NCBI GenBank assembly: GCA_965263205.1
Contig: CBDHHF010000005.1
Span: forward strand, 4,673-68,672
DNA: 64,000 bases
Direction of reading: 5' to 3'
Source of the DNA: Rhodothermales bacterium
GTDB lineage: Bacteria; Bacteroidota; Rhodothermia; Rhodothermales; JAHQVL01
The notes under the pieces: model-generated
Databases searched by the model: none
What the model was told of the DNA's origin: nothing
What the model saw: only the letters and a program-made list of their open reading frames with translations
Made by a program: the position numbers and the translations under genes
Shown: positions 10,540 to 19,029 of the stretch, piece after piece
Numbering within the stretch: position 1 is the first letter of the stretch
Layout: each line of letters opens with the position of its first letter

Positions 10540-10616
10540 AAGAGCCGGCTTTTAGACCCTCCCGTTTATCCCATAATTTTTTACAGTACCTTTAGAGGAG
10601 CCTCCTCACTTAAGCA

Positions 10617-12587
10617 ATGTTAACCATGTATCCACGTCCGGAAGAGTTCATCGGCAAAGAGGTCGATGGACACCGTATCGACGATGTCCTCGGGCGTGGT
10701 GGTATGGGCATTGTTTTCAAGGCTGAAAACCTGGAGCTCTCCCGGACTGTAGCACTGAAAATCATCAATCCTGCCCTCGCGCAGGATGAGTCGTTTTTAC
10801 GACGTTTCAGAGCAGAAGCACGTGCCCTCGCACAGATACACCACCCGAACATCGTAATTGTCTATGACTTTCGATCGTTCGATATGGGCTTTTACATTTC
10901 GATGGAATATGTAAAAGGCCCTACCCTGGCAGACTATCTGGAAGATAAAGGCGCCATCCCGTGGAAAGAAGGGCTTTATCTGACCAAACAGATGCTCTCG
11001 GCTTTCCACTATGCCCACAGCTGTGGTGTCATTCATCGGGATATCAAGCCGCGCAACATTCTGCTTGCCAAAAACAATGTTGTAAAGATTACCGACTTTG
11101 GGCTGGCTAAAATTTTACAGGAAGGCAAGCGCACCACGGATACAACGGTTACGATGGCTACGGGGGGCACCATTCATTACATGCCACCTGAGCAAATCCG
11201 GGGTCTGCGCAACGTAGATCATCGCGGAGACATTTTCTCCCTCGGCATGACCATTTACGAAGCCATTGCCGGCGTATTGCCATTTGAGAAAAACGCCAGC
11301 GGATATGCCATCCAGAAAATGATTGTCGAGGAGCCTTTCCCCGACATCCGTAAGCGGGATTCCTCGATTCCAAAGCCGCTTGCGCGCATCATCATGAAAG
11401 CGCTGGAGAAAGAGCCTCACAAGCGATTTCAGAGTGCCGCTGAGATGATCTCAGCGCTGGAAGAATTTGAGATGAGCAATACATCTACCGCGCTCGCGGT
11501 AAACGGCACGGGCGGCAACCCGTACGCCAATGGCTCGTCGTTTAGTCAACGTTGGCGGCTCTATGCCACACTCGTTGGTTTGCTTATTGTGGCGCTTTCC
11601 TTTATTGCAGTGTTTACGCCCGAAGTATTGAGTGCTTTCATCAGTCCAGATACCGAGGAGCCGACACTCGCTGAGCAGTTAAATAATTCCAATGATCCGG
11701 AAACGGCAATCCAGCGGGCCGAAGCTGCACCTTTGTCTGAAATTGAGTTGAATCCGATCAACGTATCCGACGGGCCGGCAAACGATCCAGCCACTGCAGA
11801 TTCGTCCGATGCCGTTGTGACTGAGCCCGATGAAGATCCTTCGTCTGAGGGCGGTGCACCATCAGGTAACGGTACATCGACCACAAACAATACATCGCCG
11901 TCGCAACAAAACAACACAGCCAGCGCCACAGCCGTTGGCTCCATTCGATTCGACTCTTCGCCCAAAGGCGCACAAATTTATCTCGATGGTGTAAACATAG
12001 GCACCACCCCGCTTTTCCTCGACAACGTGAAAGCCGGCCGGGCCAATGTGGAATTGCGTATGGAAAACCACGAGCCCTACAGAGCCCGTATTCAGGTCCA
12101 ACCATACCAGATTAGCCAGGTTAACCGGACCATGGCACCCATTATGGGACTGCTGAAACTCGATATCAACCCACCATCTGAACTGTATATTGATGGGAGC
12201 CTCATCGAGAAAGAAGCCAGCGATATCCGAATGCCGCTGCTCGCTACGCCGCATGAAATCCTTGTTGCACACCCGCAACACGGAGAATGGAAAAAACGCA
12301 TTACGCTAGATGCGTCCGATTCGCTGGCGTACACCATCGATTTTACAGAAACCGTGCGCCTCATTGTAACAGCTTTTGACACGGCTGATAATGGCATGCA
12401 CGTAGAAATCTACCTCGACGGAGAACCTACAGGGCTGTATACGCCCACACCTATCGAGGTCCCCATTGGCCAACACAAAATCGCTGTAAAAGCAGAAGGC
12501 TACGAAATGGTGGAAGAAGCTACAACCACCAACTACGAGTCATCTAAACAACAGCCTTTGCGTTTTGTGTTACGGAAATCGGATTAG
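10617..12587 (+). CDS. Hanks-type Ser/Thr protein kinase with a TM segment and C-terminal PEGA domains
   Basis: Kinase motifs: LGRGGMGIVFKAE, VIHRDIKPRNILL, ITDFGLAK and HYMPPEQ. The TM segment is LYATLVGLLIVALSFIAVF. A PEGA-like stretch reads GSIRFDSSPKGAQIYLDGVNIGTTPL, with a second copy HVEIYLDGEPTGLYTPTPIEV. Confidence 0.9.
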   Translation: MLTMYPRPEEFIGKEVDGHRIDDVLGRGGMGIVFKAENLELSRTVALKIINPALAQDESFLRRFRAEARALAQIHHPNIVIVYDFRSFDMGFYISMEYVKGPTLADYLEDKGAIPWKEGLYLTKQMLSAFHYAHSCGVIHRDIKPRNILLAKNNVVKITDFGLAKILQEGKRTTDTTVTMATGGTIHYMPPEQIRGLRNVDHRGDIFSLGMTIYEAIAGVLPFEKNASGYAIQKMIVEEPFPDIRKRDSSIPKPLARIIMKALEKEPHKRFQSAAEMISALEEFEMSNTSTALAVNGTGGNPYANGSSFSQRWRLYATLVGLLIVALSFIAVFTPEVLSAFISPDTEEPTLAEQLNNSNDPETAIQRAEAAPLSEIELNPINVSDGPANDPATADSSDAVVTEPDEDPSSEGGAPSGNGTSTTNNTSPSQQNNTASATAVGSIRFDSSPKGAQIYLDGVNIGTTPLFLDNVKAGRANVELRMENHEPYRARIQVQPYQISQVNRTMAPIMGLLKLDINPPSELYIDGSLIEKEASDIRMPLLATPHEILVAHPQHGEWKKRITLDASDSLAYTIDFTETVRLIVTAFDTADNGMHVEIYLDGEPTGLYTPTPIEVPIGQHKIAVKAEGYEMVEEATTTNYESSKQQPLRFVLRKSD

Positions 12588-12635
12588 TTGGGTTGATTTG
12601 AACCCGCCAACGTCGCCCTGTACACAAACAGGAGC

Positions 12636-13280
12636 ATGAGAACCATGATCGTCACTCGTCTAAAAAAACGTACCGCCTCCCTGGCGCTCAACCTGTTATT
12701 TCTGTTTGTGCTTCCCGTTGTCGTTGTGGCACAGCAAGCACCCGAGGATTGTGAAGCAGCGCTGACCAACGCTGAAAATGCCTATTTCAGTGGGGATTTT
12801 GAAAACACTATTTCGCTGCTGCAGCCTTGTATCACTTCGGACGGCTTCTCTGGCGATCAGGGGATTCGTGCGTACGCGCTGCTCGGACGTACACATTTTG
12901 TTTTGGGTGATACGCAGGCAGCTCGCTCGGCGATTGAGGGGTTGTACGTTCTCGATCCAGCTTATGCGCCTGATCCGCAGCTCCCACCCAACTTCTCTGC
13001 GTTTATCCTGGAAGTTAAACAGCAGATGATTGCAGCCGGCCAGTTTCCAAGTATTGAGCCTGAAGAAATTACACCAGATCCGCTCCCACCCGTTGCTGTA
13101 GCTGATGACGCTGAAGAAGATAAGGCGGCACCTAAACGAAGAAAGGCCTTGCTGTTTGGCGGGGGCGCTGCCCTTGCCGTGGTTGCCGGCGCAGCCATTC
13201 TACTCAGCGGCGGTGGTGGTGGCGGCGATGAGCCTGCTGACGGCTGGCCGCTTCCTCCGCCCCATCCTTCTTCCCAGTAA
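12636..13280 (+). CDS. Hypothetical protein with a signal peptide, a TPR-like helical region, a C-terminal TM anchor and a Gly-rich tail
   Basis: 214-aa ORF lying 48 nt downstream of the kinase. N-terminal LALNLLFLFVLPVVVVAQQ, C-terminal ALLFGGGAALAVVAGAAILLSGGGGGGD. I did not recognise a catalytic motif. Confidence 0.5.
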   Translation: MRTMIVTRLKKRTASLALNLLFLFVLPVVVVAQQAPEDCEAALTNAENAYFSGDFENTISLLQPCITSDGFSGDQGIRAYALLGRTHFVLGDTQAARSAIEGLYVLDPAYAPDPQLPPNFSAFILEVKQQMIAAGQFPSIEPEEITPDPLPPVAVADDAEEDKAAPKRRKALLFGGGAALAVVAGAAILLSGGGGGGDEPADGWPLPPPHPSSQ

Positions 13281-13430
13281 TTTGGGGGTAATCCAATCTT
13301 TTATAGCCGGCCGGCTTAAGGTCAACGGCAATTTATCCGATAACGAACTTGAGGTCACCTGCTTCGTGCAGGTGTCGAAATAGCATAAGAACACCCCCTC
13401 ATAGGGTGGACCTCTTTCTGTGGTGGGTCG

Positions 13431-13464
13431 AAGCCCGGTCATTTGACCGGGCTTTGTTATTTGG
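13431..13464 (+). terminator. Rho-independent terminator-like hairpin
   Basis: Stem aagcccggt (13431-13439), loop catttg, stem accgggctt (13446-13454), then tgttatttgg. Confidence 0.6.
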
Positions 13465-13537
13465 GGCGTTTTTGCCCAACAATACTGGATTAATAGCCTT
13501 CTTGCACACGCTTACGTGCGCTTTACCGGATACGCAA

Positions 13538-13750
13538 TCAGAGCTTTGCGTAATCGTCAAGCATAACTTTCAAACGGATAAGCAGCCGCATGGCGCGCAT
13601 CGCGCCCTCTGCAAAATCCTCCTGTGATATACTGGGATCTTGCAACCCTTCTTCAAGAAACACCTTGGTGTCTTCGTACAAGCGGTTCAGGGCATCAATT
13701 TCTGCGATCAAACGATCACGATCTTGCTGTGAAACCATGGTGTGAGCCAT
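13538..13750 (-). CDS. Small hypothetical helical protein (70 aa)
   Basis: Supported only by the ORF; it has a charged helical composition (DRDRLIAEIDALNRLYEDTKVFLEEG). No family recognised. Confidence 0.35.
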   Translation of the reverse strand: MAHTMVSQQDRDRLIAEIDALNRLYEDTKVFLEEGLQDPSISQEDFAEGAMRAMRLLIRLKVMLDDYAKL

Positions 13751-14117
13751 ATCGAAAACAATGTGTGAAGGTGTAACCCATCATTATATATGCCCACGCA
13801 GCACATAAAACAATACCTCCACGAATTAACATCAACATCACCAGGAAGGAATTCCCTTCGCTGTATCAACAATCAGCCCCCTAAAGCAGTGACGGGTAAA
13901 CTGAAAGGCCCTATCGCTTCGACGCATCGCGATAGAAAAAGAAACTAGGATAGCGATTTTTTGCCAAACCTGAAAGACTTGTAGCTGGCATCTACCCCAA
14001 AAGATACGAAAACAACTCGATTTTTGCTATTGCGATCAAGCCGCAGGATAAGCGTGCAAGACTCGATGTGACCCGTTATACATGCCGGTGCCCGGAAAAG
14101 CTGCGTGCTGCGCTTGA

Positions 14118-14933
14118 TTAGAATTGTGACCCGGCTCCTATAATCTCCATCGTCTGCGTATTCTGAATCAGAATAGCGATACCCATTCTCTTCGGGTCCA
14201 TCGATGCATCGAGCGCAACATTGAAAGGAATGTGCGTATCGAGCTTTTTCGTTTGTTGCAACTTGGTGATCAGCGCCAGGTTTCGCACAACAAAATCATT
14301 TTGTAGTGTTTTGCCGGCATTTTCGCCGCGGGGGACATCAGTGGAAAGTTCTTTCTGAAAAGCAATAGCAACGAGCCCATACGGTGCCCGCGATCGAGGA
14401 ATCTTGCCCGTCAGGTGCACCTCACCGGCCAGCTTATCAGCATTCCGCTGCAGGGCAGTCACCGCCACCTGGACCTGGTGCCCCGCCCCATCGTGGGCCT
14501 GCGCGTTGATGGCCTGCTCGACCTGACCATACCGCGAACCAACTGCGTCTTTACGGCCATGGATTACCATCTGTGGTGTGTACAGCGTAGCACCACCCAA
14601 CGCAGTGACATAATCCCCCTGGCGCGCCGTCCAGGCAGCATCTGAAAAAGGATCTTTCCAGCCCAGGTAGTTCCAATAATCCACGTGGAATGACAGCGGA
14701 ATGACGTGTTCTTGCCACTCAGGCGATTGGGCGAGGGACTTCAAAAATTTATCAGCCGGCGGACAGCTAGAACATCCCTGTGATGTAAACAACTCAACAA
14801 CCACAGGGCCTTGCACATTTTCTGGTGCGTTAAACGTTCCAGCAAACGGTTTAGCCTCCCATCCCGCGCCTGAAATGACAAGCACCAGTAAAACAACCAC
14901 GACCAATCCTGCCAGTAATATTCCTGTGCGCAC
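14118..14933 (-). CDS. DUF1223 family thioredoxin-fold protein
   Basis: An N-terminal signal anchor is followed by VVELFTSQGCSSCPPADKFL and SFHVDYWNYLGWKDPFS, both typical of DUF1223. Confidence 0.8.
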   Translation of the reverse strand: MRTGILLAGLVVVVLLVLVISGAGWEAKPFAGTFNAPENVQGPVVVELFTSQGCSSCPPADKFLKSLAQSPEWQEHVIPLSFHVDYWNYLGWKDPFSDAAWTARQGDYVTALGGATLYTPQMVIHGRKDAVGSRYGQVEQAINAQAHDGAGHQVQVAVTALQRNADKLAGEVHLTGKIPRSRAPYGLVAIAFQKELSTDVPRGENAGKTLQNDFVVRNLALITKLQQTKKLDTHIPFNVALDASMDPKRMGIAILIQNTQTMEIIGAGSQF

Positions 14934-15320
14934 AGCTGTACCTCACTACGTTTTGCAGACTATGGCACCGGACAAAGTCCCAATGCAACCTGCCAGATAA
15001 AAGAAATAACAATCAGACCAAAAACGACGTAATAAAAACCTTTATGCTTTAAAAAGACATCCATGGCGGTATCGGTAACCAAATAAGTCACGGGGGCTGA
15101 TTTGGAGACTTTTGAAGGTTGATGTTTTTTTCCCTGGCCCTCAGGTATTCCTTTTAAGCTTAGGGCGTGTTACTGCTGAATGTGTTACGATACGTGTGTT
15201 ATCAAAATCAACAAGGTGTTACATGACTCCCCACTCCATGTGGAAGCCTTTGTCGGACGTCCCTCTACAAAACCAGCTGTTCTCGGTACAGTTCAGCGTT
15301 AATCCTACTGATTTACAACT

Positions 15321-15674
15321 ATGGAACAGGCGGTAGATCCCGTGCTCATTGCTGTCATGCGGCTGGCGGAACACGGTGTACATACAACAGCAACCCTGGC
15401 TGTGAACGGCGCTGTGTTGAGTGGCCGCGTCATCGGCAAACAAAACTACCTGATCAAAATAAGAAAACAGTTCAATTCCCACGTACACGAAGAAAACATG
15501 CCGGGCTTACTGGAAATACTGGGCCTGTTCGAAGAGGTCTCTGCTGACACGGAAGACCTGTTTTTGCATCTCGAAGAAGCTGCCATCCTGGATGGCACGC
15601 CGGCCCCACAGCGTACCGAAGGTTTCTGGCGTATTCGACTTTCAGAAATAGACGGATTTAGCTTCGGAAAATAG
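15321..15674 (+). CDS. GvpU-like small protein (gas-vesicle accessory family resemblance)
   Basis: The motifs LAVNGAVLSGRVIG, LFLHLEEA and FWRIRLSEIDGFSFGK match my recollection of Bacillus GvpU (VNGAVISG, FIHLK, FWRGKIAEVDGFFLGK). The match is from memory, not from a search. Confidence 0.4.
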   Translation: MEQAVDPVLIAVMRLAEHGVHTTATLAVNGAVLSGRVIGKQNYLIKIRKQFNSHVHEENMPGLLEILGLFEEVSADTEDLFLHLEEAAILDGTPAPQRTEGFWRIRLSEIDGFSFGK

Positions 15675-15863
15675 TAGCCGATAACGCCTAGTGCACCACA
15701 TGCGAATTAAGGTTTTGATTTAATACCGACGCCCGATTACTTCTACAAAGGTGCATTAAACAGAAGTAAAGCGCGTGCATGAAGAGGTGTCATAGATGGC
15801 ACGTCGGGCCTTGTTCGCATCAGGAGCCATACCGTATTCTCGAGAATCCCAGGTTAATAACGA

Positions 15864-17615
15864 ATGGACGACACTTCCCCACAGGGCAAGCAGCAGTTCA
15901 ACATGCCCGCATCGGCACGTTCGTTATTGAAGGATGAATTTTCTGAGGCATTTGACACCCTTCAGGCGCATTGTGCATTTCTAAATGGCCGCGTGGATGC
16001 ACTATCAGCCAAACTTGAAGTCCTGGAAGATGCCCTGTCCCATGAACGTAGCACCGTAGCAGCACTAGAGGAAGCCCTCGCTGCTGAGCAGGTAAAAACA
16101 CAGGCAGCTGCGGCAGTACGAAGTCAGTTTCTGGATAATATGAGCCATGAACTGCGTACCCCGCTCAATGGTATCCTGGGCATGACCCAGTTGCTCCTTG
16201 ACATGCCGCTGAGTTACGAAATCAAGGATAATGCACAGGCCATCTTCGATTCAGGTCAGCTCCTCGAAAACGTCATTAGCCACCTGCTCGACTACTCGCG
16301 GTTACTACAAGGCGATTTCCCCTTGCAATCTGACGAATTCAATTTGCTAGAGCACCTCGAACGCATCATCCAGCAGCACGCTCCAGCAACGTTCGACAAA
16401 GGGCTCGACGTACAATTAAATGCGGAAAAAGGCCTCTTTTGCACGATTTCAGCCGATGAGAAGCGATTGGCTCAGGTGGTATCACTGCTCCTGCAAAACG
16501 CCATCAAGTTCACAGTAGCCGGCACCATCCAGGTAACAGCAAATGTCGAATCTGACACCCAGAAACCAACCCAATCGAATTATACGCTCCGCATAACAGA
16601 TACGGGTATTGGACTCGAAGCCTCCCAAAAAGCGCTCGCCTTTGAGCCATTTTGGCAGGCAGAGCTGTCGTCGGCTAGAACCCATGGGGGGATGGGACTC
16701 GGGCTCTCGTTGTGCCAGCAGTTAGTGCAACACATGGGCGGCACCATTACACTTGAAAGCGAGCAAAACGTCGGCACTTCGGTGCATGTGTCCATTCCGA
16801 TTTCGCGCGTTGCCTCCGTCCCAATTACGCCGCTAGCTGCGCCACCACGGTGCGTTGGATTGTATAATCTGGACGAGAGCACTGCAGATAGCTTGACCAG
16901 GTACCTGCGCTGGCTTGATATCGACGCAATTAGCCTGGATGCACCGAGCCTGTCCAATGAAAACATAGCACGTTGTGACGTTGTATTGCAGCCTTTCCAA
17001 CCTGCTATAGCCACCAAAGACGACCCGCTGCAGACGTGGTTTAATACTCCTGCGAAGCATCCTCAGCCTTTGCGTGTTGGTATTCTGGCTCCGAATCGCA
17101 CCTACTCCCTGCAAGATAAGAAGGGATTTGACCTTTTTATAGAAAAGCCGCTGTTGTTCACAGCGTTTAAGGATACGCTCAAATACGCCGGCACGCAGCT
17201 CAGCAAACAAAAAGCACCAGCCGAAGAGGTTGCGACCACACCGAATGAGGAGGAAAACCGTCGAATTCTCCTGGTTGAACCCAATAAAATCAATCAGAAA
17301 ATTCTTTCATACATGTTGCAGTCGCTTGGCTTGACAGTCGACGCCATTGATCGATTAGACCAGACGCTCATCCCTGAGCATGAGACCAGCTATAGATCGA
17401 TACTCATCAATACCATGCTTACGCAACCCCCAACACTTGATGCATTACTTGCATTCAGCAAACACTACCTGTTGGAGGACAACCATACCATTATCGGCAT
17501 AAGGAGCAAAAATGCGGGCGCAGATCCAGCCGTCTTTGCTGAAGCCGGCGTCAGCCAATTTCTCACCCTCCCAACCAACCTCGACGACGTGCGCGCCTTG
17601 CTCGCTATCCAATAG
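15864..17615 (+). CDS. Cytoplasmic histidine kinase (HisKA plus HATPase_c) followed by two degenerate receiver-like domains
   Basis: H-box FLDNMSHELRTPLNGILGM. ATPase motifs LLQNAIKFT, DTGIGL and GGMGLGLSLCQQLV. C-terminal receiver-like stretches read RILLVEPNKINQKIL...ILINTMLTQPP and GFDLFIEKPLLFTAF. No TM segment. Confidence 0.85.
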   Translation: MDDTSPQGKQQFNMPASARSLLKDEFSEAFDTLQAHCAFLNGRVDALSAKLEVLEDALSHERSTVAALEEALAAEQVKTQAAAAVRSQFLDNMSHELRTPLNGILGMTQLLLDMPLSYEIKDNAQAIFDSGQLLENVISHLLDYSRLLQGDFPLQSDEFNLLEHLERIIQQHAPATFDKGLDVQLNAEKGLFCTISADEKRLAQVVSLLLQNAIKFTVAGTIQVTANVESDTQKPTQSNYTLRITDTGIGLEASQKALAFEPFWQAELSSARTHGGMGLGLSLCQQLVQHMGGTITLESEQNVGTSVHVSIPISRVASVPITPLAAPPRCVGLYNLDESTADSLTRYLRWLDIDAISLDAPSLSNENIARCDVVLQPFQPAIATKDDPLQTWFNTPAKHPQPLRVGILAPNRTYSLQDKKGFDLFIEKPLLFTAFKDTLKYAGTQLSKQKAPAEEVATTPNEEENRRILLVEPNKINQKILSYMLQSLGLTVDAIDRLDQTLIPEHETSYRSILINTMLTQPPTLDALLAFSKHYLLEDNHTIIGIRSKNAGADPAVFAEAGVSQFLTLPTNLDDVRALLAIQ

Positions 17616-17679
17616 CCCCTGGCAAACACAAGTAGCCCTTCAGCATCGTTTATGTATATTGTTGCACGCTGAAACCAGG

Positions 17680-18915
17680 ATGCAACATCGCATGAACACA
17701 ACAACCGCCCCTCCCCGCAATCCTATCACCCAGTTAATCTCCCGCTACGGCCCCGCACTTTTTATGATTGGCGCCACGATTGGCACGGGTAGCGTCTCCT
17801 CACTCGTAGTAGCTGGTGCAGAGCAGGGCACCTCGCTTTTATGGGCATTGATTCCCTCTTGCTTTTTCTATTGGGCATTACTCAGCGGCATGAGTCGGCT
17901 AACGCTTGCAAGCGGTCAAACGTTTGTTGCGGCGGTTACGGAGCACATCGGCCGGCCGGCAGGACTCTACCTCGTGCTTGCCATCGTTATTGGGCAGTTT
18001 TCCTCTAACATCGGCGTCCTGGGTATCGTAGCTGAAGCCTTTGCCTCGTGGATAGACGGTAGCTTTTTGCTCGCTGCATTGTTTTGGAGCAGTTTGATCT
18101 ATTTGATGATTTTCTTCGGGAAATACAGCGTATTCGAGAAGATTTTGACAGTATTGGTGGCCATACTCGGCTTTAGTTTCATAGCCGATTTGATCATGGT
18201 CAAGCCGAGCCTTTCTTCCATAAGCAGTGGATTGATTCCCTCCATGCCCGAAGGCGGTGCCATGGTTGCCGCAGCCATGGTCGGCACCACCCTTTCAGGG
18301 AGCATCATCATTATGCGGTCCTTTGTGGTGGCCGACAAAGGCTGGACCGTTGCAGATCTCGCACACGAGCGACGCGATGCCCTGATGTCTGCCGTGCTCA
18401 TTTTTGTGCTATCAGGCGTCATCATGGCCTGCGCAGCCGCCACGCTGTATGCGCAGGGCATTCGTGTTGAGAAAGCGATTGACATGGCATATACCCTTGT
18501 GCCTATCGCCGGCTCATTTGCGGCAACCCTGTTTGTGATTGGTATCGTTGCGGCCGGCCTGTCTTCTGCCTTCCCCAACGCTCTTGTGTCCATCTGGACC
18601 ATATCGGATTACTTTAACCTGGACAGAGACCCTTCTCAACTGCATTTCAGGCTGATCGCGTTGTTGTACTGTGGCGCCGGACTCATCGCTCCCCTTGCAG
18701 GTGGCCGCCCCGTGCTCATCCAAATTGCTTCGCTTGCAGTTCAGGCGCTGTTTATGCCGGTTCTCGTGCTCTTTATGTGGGTCCTCCTGAATCGCAAGGC
18801 GCTGGTGGCTGAACATACCAATGCGCCGGTCATGAATGGCATCTTTGGTATAGCCTTTCTCTTCACGAGCTACATGGCCTTCCAGGCCGTTAGAGGCCTG
18901 TTAACGCTTTTATAA
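17680..18915 (+). CDS. NRAMP-family divalent metal transporter
   Basis: ORF 17512..18915. The polytopic membrane protein begins with GPALFMIGATIGTGSV. I prefer the start at ATG 17680 (MQHRMNTT), because the longer start overlaps the kinase gene by about 100 nt. Confidence 0.85.
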   Translation: MQHRMNTTTAPPRNPITQLISRYGPALFMIGATIGTGSVSSLVVAGAEQGTSLLWALIPSCFFYWALLSGMSRLTLASGQTFVAAVTEHIGRPAGLYLVLAIVIGQFSSNIGVLGIVAEAFASWIDGSFLLAALFWSSLIYLMIFFGKYSVFEKILTVLVAILGFSFIADLIMVKPSLSSISSGLIPSMPEGGAMVAAAMVGTTLSGSIIIMRSFVVADKGWTVADLAHERRDALMSAVLIFVLSGVIMACAAATLYAQGIRVEKAIDMAYTLVPIAGSFAATLFVIGIVAAGLSSAFPNALVSIWTISDYFNLDRDPSQLHFRLIALLYCGAGLIAPLAGGRPVLIQIASLAVQALFMPVLVLFMWVLLNRKALVAEHTNAPVMNGIFGIAFLFTSYMAFQAVRGLLTLL

Positions 18916-19029
18916 TCAATGTCCAAGCCGTTTTTTCAAGAAACGGGGCTGATTTAATCGCGGCAATTTGTTAACATGCGGCTAATTGCATTGTGGCTGA
19001 CCCGCTAAACCGTTTGAATACAACCAATT

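Noticed and set aside
14960-15064. A 34-aa minus-strand ORF (MDVFLKHKGFYYVVFGLIVISFIWQVALGLCPVP) upstream of the DUF1223 gene.
   Set aside because: It is plausibly a small membrane peptide, but it is too short for support without homology or expression data.
17512-17679. The long N-terminal extension of the NRAMP ORF, as given in the ORF track.
   Set aside because: It overlaps the histidine kinase 3' end by ~100 nt, is Pro/Ser/Thr/Cys-rich and shows no transporter features. The ATG at 17680 precedes the conserved N-terminus.
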